Of a stretch of 42,304 bases of DNA, positions 21,169-31,246 are shown piece after piece; the stretch's first letter is position 1; every line of letters begins with the position of its first letter. The notes under the pieces were generated by a model. The model saw only the letters and a program-made list of their open reading frames with translations. It had not been told where the DNA came from and did no database searches. The DNA lies in the IMG/VR virus record IMGVR_UViG_3300027874_000006, positions 1-42,304 of that record. One strand, 5' to 3'. The position numbers were made by a program, and so were the translations under genes. The stretch comes from a virus. Taxonomy: Duplodnaviria; Caudoviricetes.

Positions 21169-22992
21169 TCACGGGTTCGATTCGAGGCGGATGCGCGCCG
21201 CCGCGGTCGAGTTGGCGCGCACCGTCCCGGCGTTGCCGGCGACCAGGCCCGCGGCGACCACGTACTGGACCCGCAGCGACCGCCGCGTGATCAGGCCGAT
21301 GTTGAGCGCGGTGCAGACCAGCGCCGCCCCGCCGGCGTCGAAGACCTGCCAGTCGCCCGGCGCCGAGACCGTGACCGTCGGGGCGGCGTACATCTCGACC
21401 GGGTAGCGCAGGACCAGTTGGCCGGCGGTGGTCGACACGTTCTGCCCGGTCCCGAGGAACTCGTTGGTGTCCAGGCCCCCGATCTCCTGGTAGTAACGCT
21501 GGCAGCGGATGAGCTCCTCGGCCGGGTGCAGCGGCGCGTAGGCGAGCGCGGCCGACCCGGCCCAGAGCGTCGCGTTGTCCAGGTACACCGTCCCCGTCCC
21601 GTTGGTGAGGCCGACGTAGGCGCGCAGGGCCGTCGCGGTGGCCGGCACGGCGACCGTGAGCGCGAGGGTCTCGTAGGCGGTCGTGGCGTTGTAGCCCGAG
21701 TCGTAGGTCGTCGTCCCGTCGACGAGCCGCACCCAGGCCCGGTTGGCCGCCGGCGCCTGCACCCGGACCGCGAACGTCACCGTGCGCCCGCGCAACTGCG
21801 CGTAGCCCTCGAGCGCCTGCCCGAGGTAGGCCGCCCCGCCGGCCGCGTGGGTGTAGGCCAGGGCGGCGGCCTTGCCCGAGCCGGCGTCCACGTTGGTCGT
21901 GTCGGGGGTGACCGAGAGGATCGACCCACCCGAAAGCTCGATCCGCCAGGCGTCGGGGCCGTAGGCCAGGTGGGCCGTGAACGGGCCGTTGCCCCTGGCC
22001 CAGGTCTCCAGGCCGGGGTTCGTGAGTTCGTTCTCGGCCGCCGACGCCGCGTGCGCGTGGTTGCCCGCCGCGGCCTGCTGGGCGCCCGCCCCGAGCGTCC
22101 GCAGCGACGGCGTGGCGGCCGTGCCGTCCTTGTTCGCGGCCGCCACGTCCCCATCCACGATCACACCTGGGGCGAGTTGCGGGGAGGGGTAGGTCCCGGT
22201 GAGGTCGCCGCCGGCGGCACCGTTGGGCGGCAGGCTCGACGCCGGCGTCTGCCAGGAGGGGAAGCCCCCGACGAAGGTCAGGATCTGGTTGTTGGTCCCC
22301 CCGGCCAGGCGCATCGGCTGCCCGGCCGTCCCGCCCATGACCATGTCGCCGACGGCCGACATCGGGTTGACGATCCAGGTCGGCGTCGCCCAGATGATCT
22401 GGCCCTGGTACACGATCATGACCTGGCCCTCGGCCCCGCGGGCGAAGCGGGTCGGCGTCCCGCCCGCGCCGCCCTTGATCAAGTCCTCGGGCGCCGTCAT
22501 CGGGTTCGTCATCCCGCCGCCGCCGCCACCGCCGGAGCCCATCGTGACCTGGATCAGGCAGGGCGCGTTGTTGTTGGGCGCACTCCCGCCCGAGGAGACG
22601 GGCGTGACCGGGATCTGGAACCACCCGCCCTGGTTGGTCGGGGTGGCCGTGACCTGGTAGCGCGCCCAGTTGGCGCTCGACGCCTGCGTCTGGACGTAGA
22701 GCAGGTCCCCGGCCAGGATGGAGGAGAGCACGCTCGTGACGTCGGTGCCGTTGTCGGTCACGACGTCCAGCGCCAGCGCCGTCGACGTCGTGAACAGGCC
22801 CGTGTTGATGCGGTACTGCCCCGCGCCCGGGTCGGCCATGGCCGTGTTGGCCGAGAAGCGGTAGTAGAACACGCTCGTGGAGGGGTGCGTGTGCGCGTCG
22901 ATCAGGTCCAGGTCCACCCCGAGCACCCCGAGCAGCGTGCGCTGATCCTCCGGCTTGGTCAGGTGGAGCACCGGGGTCAGCCTGCCCTCCAC
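21169..22992 (-). CDS. Tail fibre / receptor-binding protein 2
   Basis: TPVLHLTKP N-terminus, two NPM..D...GG..G.P.R repeats, a carbohydrate-binding-like ELTNPGLETW...VYLDNA region, and EELIRCQRYY. Confidence 0.75.
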   Translation of the reverse strand: MEGRLTPVLHLTKPEDQRTLLGVLGVDLDLIDAHTHPSTSVFYYRFSANTAMADPGAGQYRINTGLFTTSTALALDVVTDNGTDVTSVLSSILAGDLLYVQTQASSANWARYQVTATPTNQGGWFQIPVTPVSSGGSAPNNNAPCLIQVTMGSGGGGGGGMTNPMTAPEDLIKGGAGGTPTRFARGAEGQVMIVYQGQIIWATPTWIVNPMSAVGDMVMGGTAGQPMRLAGGTNNQILTFVGGFPSWQTPASSLPPNGAAGGDLTGTYPSPQLAPGVIVDGDVAAANKDGTAATPSLRTLGAGAQQAAAGNHAHAASAAENELTNPGLETWARGNGPFTAHLAYGPDAWRIELSGGSILSVTPDTTNVDAGSGKAAALAYTHAAGGAAYLGQALEGYAQLRGRTVTFAVRVQAPAANRAWVRLVDGTTTYDSGYNATTAYETLALTVAVPATATALRAYVGLTNGTGTVYLDNATLWAGSAALAYAPLHPAEELIRCQRYYQEIGGLDTNEFLGTGQNVSTTAGQLVLRYPVEMYAAPTVTVSAPGDWQVFDAGGAALVCTALNIGLITRRSLRVQYVVAAGLVAGNAGTVRANSTAAARIRLESNP

Positions 22993-23241
22993 CTAGCCCT
23001 CCACGACCGCGGCTTCGGGAGCGGGCTCCGCCCGCTCGCAGTGGAACCAGCCCTCGGCGTCGCGGTCGACGCGGCAGCCGGCGGGGTCGACGCCCACGCT
23101 CGCCAGGTGGACGCGCACCAGCATCCCCAGGTGCTGCCGCGCCAGGGCGAGCGCCCGCTCGTGGCCCGCGACCTCGGCCTGCGCCGCGTCCAGCAGCACG
23201 CCGACCGTCACCGGGATGCGGGTGACGACGGTCGTCGTCAC
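22993..23241 (-). CDS. Small protein between the fibres (82 aa), possible fibre chaperone
   Basis: 3' part of ORF 22993..23769, with a GTGA-coupled start. Confidence 0.55.
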   Translation of the reverse strand: MTTTVVTRIPVTVGVLLDAAQAEVAGHERALALARQHLGMLVRVHLASVGVDPAGCRVDRDAEGWFHCERAEPAPEAAVVEG

Positions 23242-24791
23242 CGCGCCTCCAGCACGGCGATCCGCGCGTGCGCGTCGTACAGGTGCATCTGCAACTGCTC
23301 GACGGTGGCCCAGAGTCCGCTCACGAGCGCCCCGAGGCTTTTCGGGCCGGTCGCGGTCCACTCGGCGCGGCCCGGCATCGTCGGGAGGTGGCGGTTCGCG
23401 CGCGTGAACGCCGCGGTCTCTTCGACGCCCAGCACCCGCGCGTCCGCCCAGCGGGGGTCGTCCGCGTCCTCGGGCCGGAGTGCCCCGTCGTAGTACAGAT
23501 CCCACAGGGCGTCTGTAAGAAGTACATTGTCGTCGTAGACGGCGACGGCGTTGATCGTGCCCGCGCCCTTGTTGCCGCCGGTCGGGGTGCCGACGACCAG
23601 GCCCGCGCCGGTGCCGAGCACCTTGACGGCGGTGTCGACCATCACCAGCGCCCCGGCCCCGGACTGGATCGAGACCAGCGTCGAGACCGACGTGCCGCCG
23701 AGCGTGATCTGGCCCGACAGCGCCGAGAGGATCTGCATGTCGCCGACGCCCGAGACCCCGCGCCCCCACAGGTCGAAGCCGTTGGCGACCCGCATCGCCC
23801 CGACGGTCGCCAGCGTCCCGGATCCGAGCGCGAGCGGCCCGGTCGTGACCGCGGCGCCGGCCGCGCCCGTGACGCTCAAGCCCCCCGCGCTCGAGACCAC
23901 CACGCCGCCACCCGAGAAGGTCGCGCCCCCGACCGAGACCGCGAGGCCGCCCGCGCCGGCGACCAGGAGCCCGTCGTCGGTCGCGAGCGTGTCGGCGGCG
24001 GTGCGGTAGAGGTTCACGTCGCCGGTCGACCCGAGGCTCAGCCCCGCCTGCGACGCCGGTCCGACCGGGCCGATCAGCACCTGGCCGGCGCCGGTCAGCC
24101 AGGCCGGCACGCCCGCCTGGATCGTCAGCACCTGGTTGGCCGACCCCGGCGCCACCCGCGTCGCCGCGCCCGACGCGCCACCCCGGATGATGTCCCCGCT
24201 CGCCGTCATGGGATTCGCGAAACCGACGTCCGGCGGCAAACTCTGCCAGGCGGCCGTCCCGCCGACCACGGTCAGCACCTGCCCGCCGGTTCCGACGCCG
24301 AGGCGGTTGGCCGCCCCCGAGGCGCCGCCGACGATCAGGTCGCCCGTGCCCGTCATCGGGTTGGTCATTCCGCCCGAGACCGGCGCCTGCCAGGTCGGCA
24401 CGCCGCCGACGACCGTCAGCACCTGGGTCGCGGCCCCGATCGCCAGGCGCGTCGCCGTCCCGCCGGCGCCCCCGACGATGAGGTCGGCCGGCGTCGTCAT
24501 CGGGTTGTTGAACCCCACGTCCGGCGGCGGCGTTTGAAAAACCGGCACGCCGCCGACCACGGTCAGGCGCTGGCCCTCGGTGCCGGCCGGCACCCGCGTC
24601 GGCGCACCGCCGGTGCCGCCCCGGATCAAATCGCCCACGCCGGTCATCGGGTTGATGACCGCGCCGACCAGCGTCCCGAAGCGGGCGTCGATGAGGTCCA
24701 TGTCGGTGTTGATCTCGCGGATGTCGGCCCGCCCGTCGAAGGCCGGCTTGATCAGCCCGACGATCGGGGTGGTGGTGTCGACGTCGCTCAC
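23238..24791 (-). CDS. Tail fibre protein 1 with four ~48-aa repeats and a C-terminal chaperone-like domain
   Basis: TPIVGLIKP N-terminus, four NPMT..D.I.GG..G...R...G...Q.LT repeats, and C-terminal NRHLPTMP...LWATVEQLQMHL coiled end. Confidence 0.78.
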   Translation of the reverse strand: MSDVDTTTPIVGLIKPAFDGRADIREINTDMDLIDARFGTLVGAVINPMTGVGDLIRGGTGGAPTRVPAGTEGQRLTVVGGVPVFQTPPPDVGFNNPMTTPADLIVGGAGGTATRLAIGAATQVLTVVGGVPTWQAPVSGGMTNPMTGTGDLIVGGASGAANRLGVGTGGQVLTVVGGTAAWQSLPPDVGFANPMTASGDIIRGGASGAATRVAPGSANQVLTIQAGVPAWLTGAGQVLIGPVGPASQAGLSLGSTGDVNLYRTAADTLATDDGLLVAGAGGLAVSVGGATFSGGGVVVSSAGGLSVTGAAGAAVTTGPLALGSGTLATVGAMRVANGFDLWGRGVSGVGDMQILSALSGQITLGGTSVSTLVSIQSGAGALVMVDTAVKVLGTGAGLVVGTPTGGNKGAGTINAVAVYDDNVLLTDALWDLYYDGALRPEDADDPRWADARVLGVEETAAFTRANRHLPTMPGRAEWTATGPKSLGALVSGLWATVEQLQMHLYDAHARIAVLEAR

Positions 24792-24801
24792 CGGAGTCCT
24801 C

Positions 24802-26793
24802 CTATCGGTGCTGGACCGCGCGCACGGCGAGATCGGCCTGGTAACCGTCCCGGCCGGCGTCCGGGGCGAGGGAATCCGTGATCTCGATCACCGCGAACCC
24901 ACCCGCGACCTCGTCCGGCGTGCGGATCCGGACGTGGCCGGGTGCCAGCGTCGCGGAGCGCCAGCGGGCCCGCTCGGCGTCGGCGGTCGTGCGGGACAGG
25001 ACCCCGTCGCGGCGCACGGCCCGGTTGCGGCAGGCGACCGTGAAGGTCCAGACCATCCGCAGGCGGGCCGGCTGGCCGGTGATGCCGCTGGCGTTGGGCC
25101 GCGCCGCCGCGTGGATCGCGACCCCGTCGAGCACGGGCGTCTTCGTCGCGTCCGTGGTCGCGAGCGTCAGCCAGAGGCGCAATTGGCGCCCGACGGCGGC
25201 GTCGCGGACAGCACCCGTCGTGAGGTCGGGGAACTCGAGGCGCTGGCCGGTCGCGGTGAAGGTGCCGAGCGTCGCGTCGCCGGTCGCGGGCCCGGTTGGA
25301 TCGACCGCCCAGCGCGCCGTCGCGGTCTGGGTGGCGGTCAGGGTGGAGCCGACCGCGGTCAGGCCGTGGAAGGCTTTCGGGTCGGCGGCGAAGCCGGCGT
25401 CGTGCAGCGGCGCGTAGAGCTGCCCCCCGCCGAGGCCCTGGAAGCGGCAGGAGGGGTCCTGGGCCGGGTCGGGCGTGCGGGCCGGCAACACGACGGAGGA
25501 CACCATCCCGTCGACGAACCCGATCCAGAGCGTCGGCCGCCCGGTGATGTAGGTCAGGTAGCTCACGTCCAGGCGCGAGACCTGCCGCCCCGAAAAGGAA
25601 GCGAGCGAGCCGTGCCAGGCGTCGGCGAATTGCCACCCCGACGCGGCGTCGCCCTCCTCCCAGGTGCCGTACTTCAGGAGGTGCGAGTCGCCGGTGACCG
25701 GGTTGAAGAGGCCCAGGTACAGGAACCAGTCGGCGTGGGGACTCGCACTGACCGGCGTCCCGCGCACGGGCGAGGTGTTGTCGACGATCCGCTCCGGGCC
25801 GATCGGCGTCAGGGACCCGTCCCGGCGCAGCGTGAACAGCGTGTCCCCGTAGGGCACCCAGAGCGCGTCCCGCCAGGCGACCGCGTTGGCGCCGTAGGTC
25901 GGCGACGCCCGCGAGCGCAATTCCGGCGTCAGGTCGTTGTCCGAGCCGTCGGCGTTCAGGGTGAACAGGCCATCCGTCTTGGAGATGAAGAGGACGTCGT
26001 CGACCGCCGTCAGGTACGTCACGTTCTCGCCGGCCTGCCCAACCCGGATCGGTCCGCCGAAGGAGGGCGGTGCGACGACCATCGGGTCGGCGGTCGCGAC
26101 GCGCACGACGTTGCCGCGGGCGATGTAGCACTCGTCGCCGACGACCGCGATGTAGGAGGCCATCTCGCCGCCCGTGAAGGCGGCCGGGCCGGCGATGCCG
26201 CCGGCGCCGTCGTAGGACCAGAGCTCCCCCGCCTCGGTCGCGATCAGGAGGCGCCGCGGCCCGGTCGTCCCCTGGAACACCACCGCCTGCAGCGGGTAGT
26301 TGGCACCCGGTCCCCAGTCCTTGATCAGGACCCAGGCGGCGGCCTCCCGCCGGTACAGCGCCGAGCCGCGCAGGCAGTACAACTGGTCGCCGGTGGGCGA
26401 GGGCCCACTCAGGAACTGGCGCACGACGGTGCCGGTCGCGGGCGCGGTGATCGGGTGGTCGGTCACCTGCGGCCCCAGGCGCGGGCGCCCCCCGATCGAG
26501 CAGTCGACGCCGAGCGCGTAGTGGTAGCGGCGGTCGTGGGCGCTCGACTGCACGGGCAGGCCGTAGCCGCCGGTCAGCTTCCCGAAGAGGAACGTCGCCT
26601 CCCGGGTCGGCATCGCCGCCCCGTACTCGTAGGTCGTCGGCGTCACCTGGGCCAGGTACTCGGGCTGGTGGCCGACCAGCAGGCCGTCCTGCCCCGGCAC
26701 CAGCATCGCCCCGTGCCAGCCCGTCCCGTCGCCCAGATCGATTTCCAAATCCCACGGATGCGGAGCGCGGCGCCGCCACGGCGAGGAGGTCAT
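24802..26793 (-). CDS. Putative tail nozzle/stabilisation protein (beta-propeller-like)
   Basis: 663 aa, beta-rich, located between the adaptor-like gene and the fibres as in podoviruses. Positional inference. Confidence 0.6.
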   Translation of the reverse strand: MTSSPWRRRAPHPWDLEIDLGDGTGWHGAMLVPGQDGLLVGHQPEYLAQVTPTTYEYGAAMPTREATFLFGKLTGGYGLPVQSSAHDRRYHYALGVDCSIGGRPRLGPQVTDHPITAPATGTVVRQFLSGPSPTGDQLYCLRGSALYRREAAAWVLIKDWGPGANYPLQAVVFQGTTGPRRLLIATEAGELWSYDGAGGIAGPAAFTGGEMASYIAVVGDECYIARGNVVRVATADPMVVAPPSFGGPIRVGQAGENVTYLTAVDDVLFISKTDGLFTLNADGSDNDLTPELRSRASPTYGANAVAWRDALWVPYGDTLFTLRRDGSLTPIGPERIVDNTSPVRGTPVSASPHADWFLYLGLFNPVTGDSHLLKYGTWEEGDAASGWQFADAWHGSLASFSGRQVSRLDVSYLTYITGRPTLWIGFVDGMVSSVVLPARTPDPAQDPSCRFQGLGGGQLYAPLHDAGFAADPKAFHGLTAVGSTLTATQTATARWAVDPTGPATGDATLGTFTATGQRLEFPDLTTGAVRDAAVGRQLRLWLTLATTDATKTPVLDGVAIHAAARPNASGITGQPARLRMVWTFTVACRNRAVRRDGVLSRTTADAERARWRSATLAPGHVRIRTPDEVAGGFAVIEITDSLAPDAGRDGYQADLAVRAVQHR

Positions 26794-27170
26794 GCCGACC
26801 CGACCCAGACGATGGCGTCGAGTCGCACGTCCAGGTGGCCGGCGACGGGGACACCGACGCCCGACGGCGACAGCAGACGCACCCAGGACACGTCCCGGTC
26901 GGGGATCGAGCTCACGTCCAGTTCGGCTTCGGCGAAGCGGACGACGGTGCCGGCGCGCAACCCGAGCGCGTAGTCGCCCACGTCAAGGAGCGCCCGGAGC
27001 AGCGTCCGCGGGTAGACCAGACGGCAGACCTCGCAGAACGGCATCTCCTCCGATTCGTGCATGCCGTCCGGTTCGCACTGCCCGCACAGGCAGGCCTGGC
27101 ACAGCAGGTGACGGCTGTCCGGGTCGATGGTCCGCCCGCGCTCGTCCTGATCCAGCAGGCGCTCGGTCAC
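26790..27170 (-). CDS. Hypothetical protein with Cys-rich N-terminus (126 aa)
   Basis: Coupled overlaps on both sides, CQACLCGQC and CEVC motifs. Confidence 0.65.
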   Translation of the reverse strand: MTERLLDQDERGRTIDPDSRHLLCQACLCGQCEPDGMHESEEMPFCEVCRLVYPRTLLRALLDVGDYALGLRAGTVVRFAEAELDVSSIPDRDVSWVRLLSPSGVGVPVAGHLDVRLDAIVWVGSA

Positions 27171-28141
27171 GCCGCGCGCTCCATCACGGCCCGCCAGATC
27201 CGGGGCTCGAGGGTGTGCCAGGTGTAGTCGCGGTCGACGGTGCGCCAGGTCGGCCAGGCCTCACGTCCCGCGTCGGGGTCGCCGAGGCGGATCCGGTCGG
27301 GGCGGTCCCAGTACCACCACTGCGCGCGCGCCTGGTGGGTGACCTCGCGCATCGCGGTCTCGCGCCCCTCGGCGTAGCCGGCCCGCGCGATCGGGCCGAG
27401 CGTGGCCGCGCAGCGGCGCCACGCCTCGGCGTGCCCGAGCGCGGCGGCGTAGCCGACCGGGCAGGCGAGCACGGCGGCGTCGGTCTGCGGCCCGTTCGGC
27501 GCGTCGGCCCCGTCGACCAGCGTCCCGTAGGGCCGCAGCGCCTCGACGACGTAGACGGCCGACGGGCTCCCGAGCCCCGACACCTCGGCCGTGACGCGCA
27601 GGCCCCCCGCCTCGGGCGCGGCGGTGGGGGCGGAGGAGGAGAGCAGTCTGTACCAGCGCAGGGGCAGACCGTGGCCGGTCCCGACACCGGCTTCGACGTC
27701 GCGGATCTGCCCCACGTCGGTGATCCACCAGAGGGCGGCCGAGAGGGCCTCGGCGACCTGGCCGGGCGTGGCCTCGACGGCCGCGCGCTCGACGAAGAAA
27801 CACCGGCGCAGGCCGCGCAGGACGGCGGGGCGTAATTCCGTGTCGGGGTCGAGGATCATCAATTCGACCGCCTCGCCCACGACCGGCGGCGTGGCCCATG
27901 CGCGGTCGACGGTGAGGGTGCCGGTCGCGGGGTCGTAGGCGGCGACGCGGCGCGTCCGGTCGTCGGGCACGGTCGCCAGGCGCCGCAGGAGGTAGCGGTC
28001 GGTGTAGCCGCCGAGCGCGATGGTCGAGCGCAGCGCGTCGACCACGACGGTCGTCGCCGTCGCGGCGGCGGCGAGGCGCAGCTCGAAGGGCCCGCAGCGC
28101 GCCGCCACCTCGGCCTCCAGGCCGGCCAACTGGACCGTCAC
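27167..28141 (-). CDS. Putative head-to-tail adaptor protein
   Basis: 324 aa, downstream of the capsid cluster and upstream of the nozzle-like gene. Positional inference. Confidence 0.5.
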   Translation of the reverse strand: MTVQLAGLEAEVAARCGPFELRLAAAATATTVVVDALRSTIALGGYTDRYLLRRLATVPDDRTRRVAAYDPATGTLTVDRAWATPPVVGEAVELMILDPDTELRPAVLRGLRRCFFVERAAVEATPGQVAEALSAALWWITDVGQIRDVEAGVGTGHGLPLRWYRLLSSSAPTAAPEAGGLRVTAEVSGLGSPSAVYVVEALRPYGTLVDGADAPNGPQTDAAVLACPVGYAAALGHAEAWRRCAATLGPIARAGYAEGRETAMREVTHQARAQWWYWDRPDRIRLGDPDAGREAWPTWRTVDRDYTWHTLEPRIWRAVMERAA

Positions 28142-28162
28142 GGACCGCTCCCGTCCACGGCG

Positions 28163-28909
28163 CTACGTCCGTCGTCCTCTCAGGCGCTCGAGCGTCGCCG
28201 TCCCGACGCCCTTGATCTCGAGCAACTCCTCGTCGGTGGCGGCGTCGATCTGCTCGGGCGTGCGGTAGCCGGCGTACTTGAGCGCCAGGAGCGGGTAGTC
28301 GTCGAGGCCGTAGGCGGCGAGCGGGTCCTCGCCGCCCGGCACGCGGTACGGCTCGATCCCGATCGGCGCCTCGGGGTCGCGGTGGCGGACGACCGGCACG
28401 TAGCCGGCGGCCACGGCGGCCTCGGCCGCCTCGGCCTCGCGGGCACGGATCTCCTCGGCCCGGGCGACGGCGCGGGCGCGCAGGTGCTCGAGGCGGGCGA
28501 TCTGGGCGTCGAAGTCGGTCGTGTCGGCGACCCGCTCGGCGTCGGTGACGACGTCGCCGTGCGTCCCGCCCGGGTACGGCTCGGCGATGCGGTTGCGGAC
28601 CCAGCGCCGGGCGGTCGGCGCGTCGAGGTAGTGGTCGTCCACCAGCACGACGAGTCCTCGGGGAAACCTGATCCCGCCGTCGGGCGCGCGGTGCTCGGTC
28701 GAGACCGTGTCGGTCAGAAGTCGGATCGTGTCGCCGGCCCGCACCGCCAGGTGGCCGGGCGCGTCGGGGGCCGGCGCGCGGTAGGCGCCGGTCGGGATCC
28801 CGGGCGGCGCCGCACCCGGCGGGCGGTAGACCGCCGCGCGCACGGCGTCGTCGGCGGTCGCCGAGCGCGGGATGTCGTCGTCGGTCAGCGTCGGGTCGTA
28901 GAGCGTCAC
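28163..28909 (-). CDS. Protein with C-terminal helix-hairpin-helix domain
   Basis: AGYRTPEQIDAATDEELLEIKGVGTATLERLR. Confidence 0.7.
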   Translation of the reverse strand: MTLYDPTLTDDDIPRSATADDAVRAAVYRPPGAAPPGIPTGAYRAPAPDAPGHLAVRAGDTIRLLTDTVSTEHRAPDGGIRFPRGLVVLVDDHYLDAPTARRWVRNRIAEPYPGGTHGDVVTDAERVADTTDFDAQIARLEHLRARAVARAEEIRAREAEAAEAAVAAGYVPVVRHRDPEAPIGIEPYRVPGGEDPLAAYGLDDYPLLALKYAGYRTPEQIDAATDEELLEIKGVGTATLERLRGRRT

Positions 28910-29154
28910 GGCGCGCGCCGCCGTTCAGGAGCACTCCGTGCTCCGGTCGCGCCGCCCGACTCCGCCGGCGCGTCCTCGGCGGGTTTCTCCGCCGCCGCCG
29001 TGCCGGCTGGCTCCGCGGCGCCGGCCGCGACCAGGCCCGCGGCCACGTCGGCGGGCAGGGTGACGGTGTCGCCGGCGGCGTGGGCGCCCCCGTAGCCGTC
29101 GGCCTCGCTGACCGAGACCTTCAGGACGACGTCGACGGTCTGCTCGTCGGCCAT
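28906..29154 (-). CDS. Small capsid-adjacent hypothetical protein (82 aa)
   Basis: AGDTVTLPADVAAGLVAAGAAE pattern typical of small post-capsid genes, with coupled overlaps. Confidence 0.65.
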   Translation of the reverse strand: MADEQTVDVVLKVSVSEADGYGGAHAAGDTVTLPADVAAGLVAAGAAEPAGTAAAEKPAEDAPAESGGATGARSAPERRRAP

Positions 29155-29291
29155 TACTTGCCCTTCTTCGGCACGCCGGCCTGCCGCATCGCGATGGCGA
29201 CCGCTTGCCGTTGCGGCTTGCCGTGCGCCATCTCGGTCTTGATGTTCTGGCTGATCGTCTTCTGGCTCGAGCCCTTCTTGAGCGGGCTCAC
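29154..29291 (-). CDS. Small basic phage protein (45 aa)
   Basis: PLKKGSSQKTISQNIKTEMAHGKPQRQAVAIA, a recurrent small phage protein pattern. 3' end of ORF 29154..29759. Confidence 0.7.
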   Translation of the reverse strand: MSPLKKGSSQKTISQNIKTEMAHGKPQRQAVAIAMRQAGVPKKGK

Positions 29292-29293
29292 CC

Positions 29294-30319
29294 TTACGGC
29301 ACCTTGACCACGGCGAACGGGGAACGCGACGCCGCCGTCGGCTGGAGCCGCGTGATCGGGTTGCTGGTGACGTAGGCCACGCGGGTCACCAACCGCATCG
29401 CGGTCGTGTCGCGTTGCGCGAGGTTCCACGTATCCGAGCCATCGACGAGCGTGGCCTGGTCGAGCATCTTGACGCGGACGTCGGTGCGGATGCCGATGAA
29501 GGCGCGGTCGAAGTCGCCGGTGATGTAGCGGGTGTTGCCGGTCGCGGTGCCGAAGGCGAGGCCCATCGCGCTCGTGTAGGCGGGCAGGTTCCAGATCTCC
29601 CCGTTTTGTCTGACGTCCCGCACGCGCGCACTGATCTCGTCGTCGTCGCCGGCGTTCTGCAGGCCGGTGTTGGCCGGCCCGCGCATCGCGTAAAGGAACT
29701 GGCGGTTCTGGTCGCGCAGGCCGCGCAGGGTTGCCTTCTCGCGCAGGTCGTAGAGCCACCCATTCGGGTAGAACCCGTCCGCCTCGACCGCGCCCATCGC
29801 GTTATTGAGATCAGCTGCGAGGTCCACGCCGGTGCCGGCGGTGACGACGTTGGGCGTCCCGGTGGTGGCGGAGGCGTGGGCGTTGATGGAGAGCGGCCAG
29901 GAGGCGGGGGCGTTGGTGCCGAAGAACACCGCCGCGTCGATGGCGGCGGCGATGGCCTCCTCGCACTCGGAGCGGATCTCGCCCCAGAGGTCGTAGGCTT
30001 GATCTTCGTAGAAGTGGTCCGGCACGATCACGATGACCGCGACCGGCTCGGCGGTCATCGTCAGGTCCGCCCAGGTCAGGCGCGAGACCGACTTTTGCCC
30101 GACGTCGGTCGAGTCGAAGGGCGCCGTCCCCGCGGTCACGAACGCCGCCGTCGGCTTGGCGGTCAGCACGCTCATGCGCTGGATCTGCCGCGTCATCCGC
30201 CGGCGCGAGAGCAGGCGCAGCGCGGCCGAGTTCTGCGTGACGTTCTTGATGATGCCTCTCGAGTAGTCTTCCGGGATTAACGAGGCGCCGACGCCGGCGG
30301 CGCGGGAGATGATCGCCAT
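29294..30319 (-). CDS. Major capsid protein (HK97 fold)
   Basis: LIPEDYSRGIIK, AIDAAVFFGTNAP, LRGLRDQN, ITGDF and NLAQRDTTAMR motifs. Follows the scaffold-like gene. Confidence 0.9.
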   Translation of the reverse strand: MAIISRAAGVGASLIPEDYSRGIIKNVTQNSAALRLLSRRRMTRQIQRMSVLTAKPTAAFVTAGTAPFDSTDVGQKSVSRLTWADLTMTAEPVAVIVIVPDHFYEDQAYDLWGEIRSECEEAIAAAIDAAVFFGTNAPASWPLSINAHASATTGTPNVVTAGTGVDLAADLNNAMGAVEADGFYPNGWLYDLREKATLRGLRDQNRQFLYAMRGPANTGLQNAGDDDEISARVRDVRQNGEIWNLPAYTSAMGLAFGTATGNTRYITGDFDRAFIGIRTDVRVKMLDQATLVDGSDTWNLAQRDTTAMRLVTRVAYVTSNPITRLQPTAASRSPFAVVKVP

Positions 30320-30331
30320 CGGTGCTCTTTC

Positions 30332-31246
30332 CTATTCGTCCGTGTCCGTGCCGGCGACCGGGAGGCCGCGCAGCAGGTCGTTCATGAAGTCGTTCTCGCG
30401 GCGCCGACTCGACGCGACGGCGGGGGCGATGTCGCCCTCCTCGCGCTCGCCGCGGAAGTAGGCGCGGAACTGCTTGTTGGCGGCCGGCACCTTCACGAGC
30501 GCCTCGCGGAAGGCGGTGGACTTGAGCAGCTGCGCGACGAAGTCCTCGTCGGCGAGCGCCTTCGTGACGGCGGCCTCGGCGGCGGTCTTCGCGGCTTCGC
30601 GCTGGATGACCTTGACGGCCTCGTCCATCGCCCGCTGGCGGCCGTCCATCCCCTGGATGCCGTCGGGGCCGACGATGCGCTGCTCCTCCGCGAGCGGGAG
30701 CGCGGCCAGGATCGGCCACACGACCGAGCGGTCGAAGTCGGCCGCGATGCCCGGCAGCGGGTCGGCGGCGGCTTTGGCCTGCTCGCGGAGTTCCCGCTCG
30801 TGGATCTCGCCGAGGGCCCAGGTCTCGCCCCGCTCGGCTAATTGCTGCTTGGCCCAGGCGTCGCCCCGCTCGGCCAGCGACCGGATGGGGGCGATGTCGC
30901 CCTGTTCGGCGCGGCCGAGGGCGTCGCGGCGGCGTTCTTGCACGAGCTCGCGGTCCTTGGCCGACTGGACGGCCCGGCGGAACTCGTCCTCCGTGAACGT
31001 GCGCGGCGCCTCGGCCGCTGGGGGTGTGACAGGTCGCTCGGGCGCTGGCTCCGCTCCTGGCTCGGACGGCGCGGGCTCCGCGGCCTCGTCGGCGGAAGGC
31101 TCCGCGTCGCGGCCCCAGCCCAGTCCCCGCAGGAACCGGTTCATCAGGCCGTTGGCGGGCTCCCGCGCGGGCGGCGAAGCGGCGGGCGTCTCCGAGGACT
31201 GAGGCTCCTCGGCCGGTTGGGCCGGGGCGTCGGTCTGCGGGTCCAC
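30332..31246 (-). CDS. Putative capsid scaffolding protein
   Basis: Acidic Pro/Ala/Glu-rich N-terminus, RTFTEDEF, helical body and MNDLLRG end. Directly upstream of the capsid gene. Confidence 0.7.
   Translation of the reverse strand: MDPQTDAPAQPAEEPQSSETPAASPPAREPANGLMNRFLRGLGWGRDAEPSADEAAEPAPSEPGAEPAPERPVTPPAAEAPRTFTEDEFRRAVQSAKDRELVQERRRDALGRAEQGDIAPIRSLAERGDAWAKQQLAERGETWALGEIHERELREQAKAAADPLPGIAADFDRSVVWPILAALPLAEEQRIVGPDGIQGMDGRQRAMDEAVKVIQREAAKTAAEAAVTKALADEDFVAQLLKSTAFREALVKVPAANKQFRAYFRGEREEGDIAPAVASSRRRENDFMNDLLRGLPVAGTDTDE

Noticed and set aside
21169-24791. Diversity-generating retroelement acting on the fibres
   Set aside because: No reverse transcriptase gene or adenine-specific TR/VR pair is visible. 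The repeats are diverged protein-level repeats.
21046-26973. Very long plus-strand ORFs (21046..23493, 23268..24881, 24580..26973)
   Set aside because: They are stop-poor antisense frames typical of very high-GC coding DNA. The minus-strand fibres and nozzle have the motifs and coupled starts.
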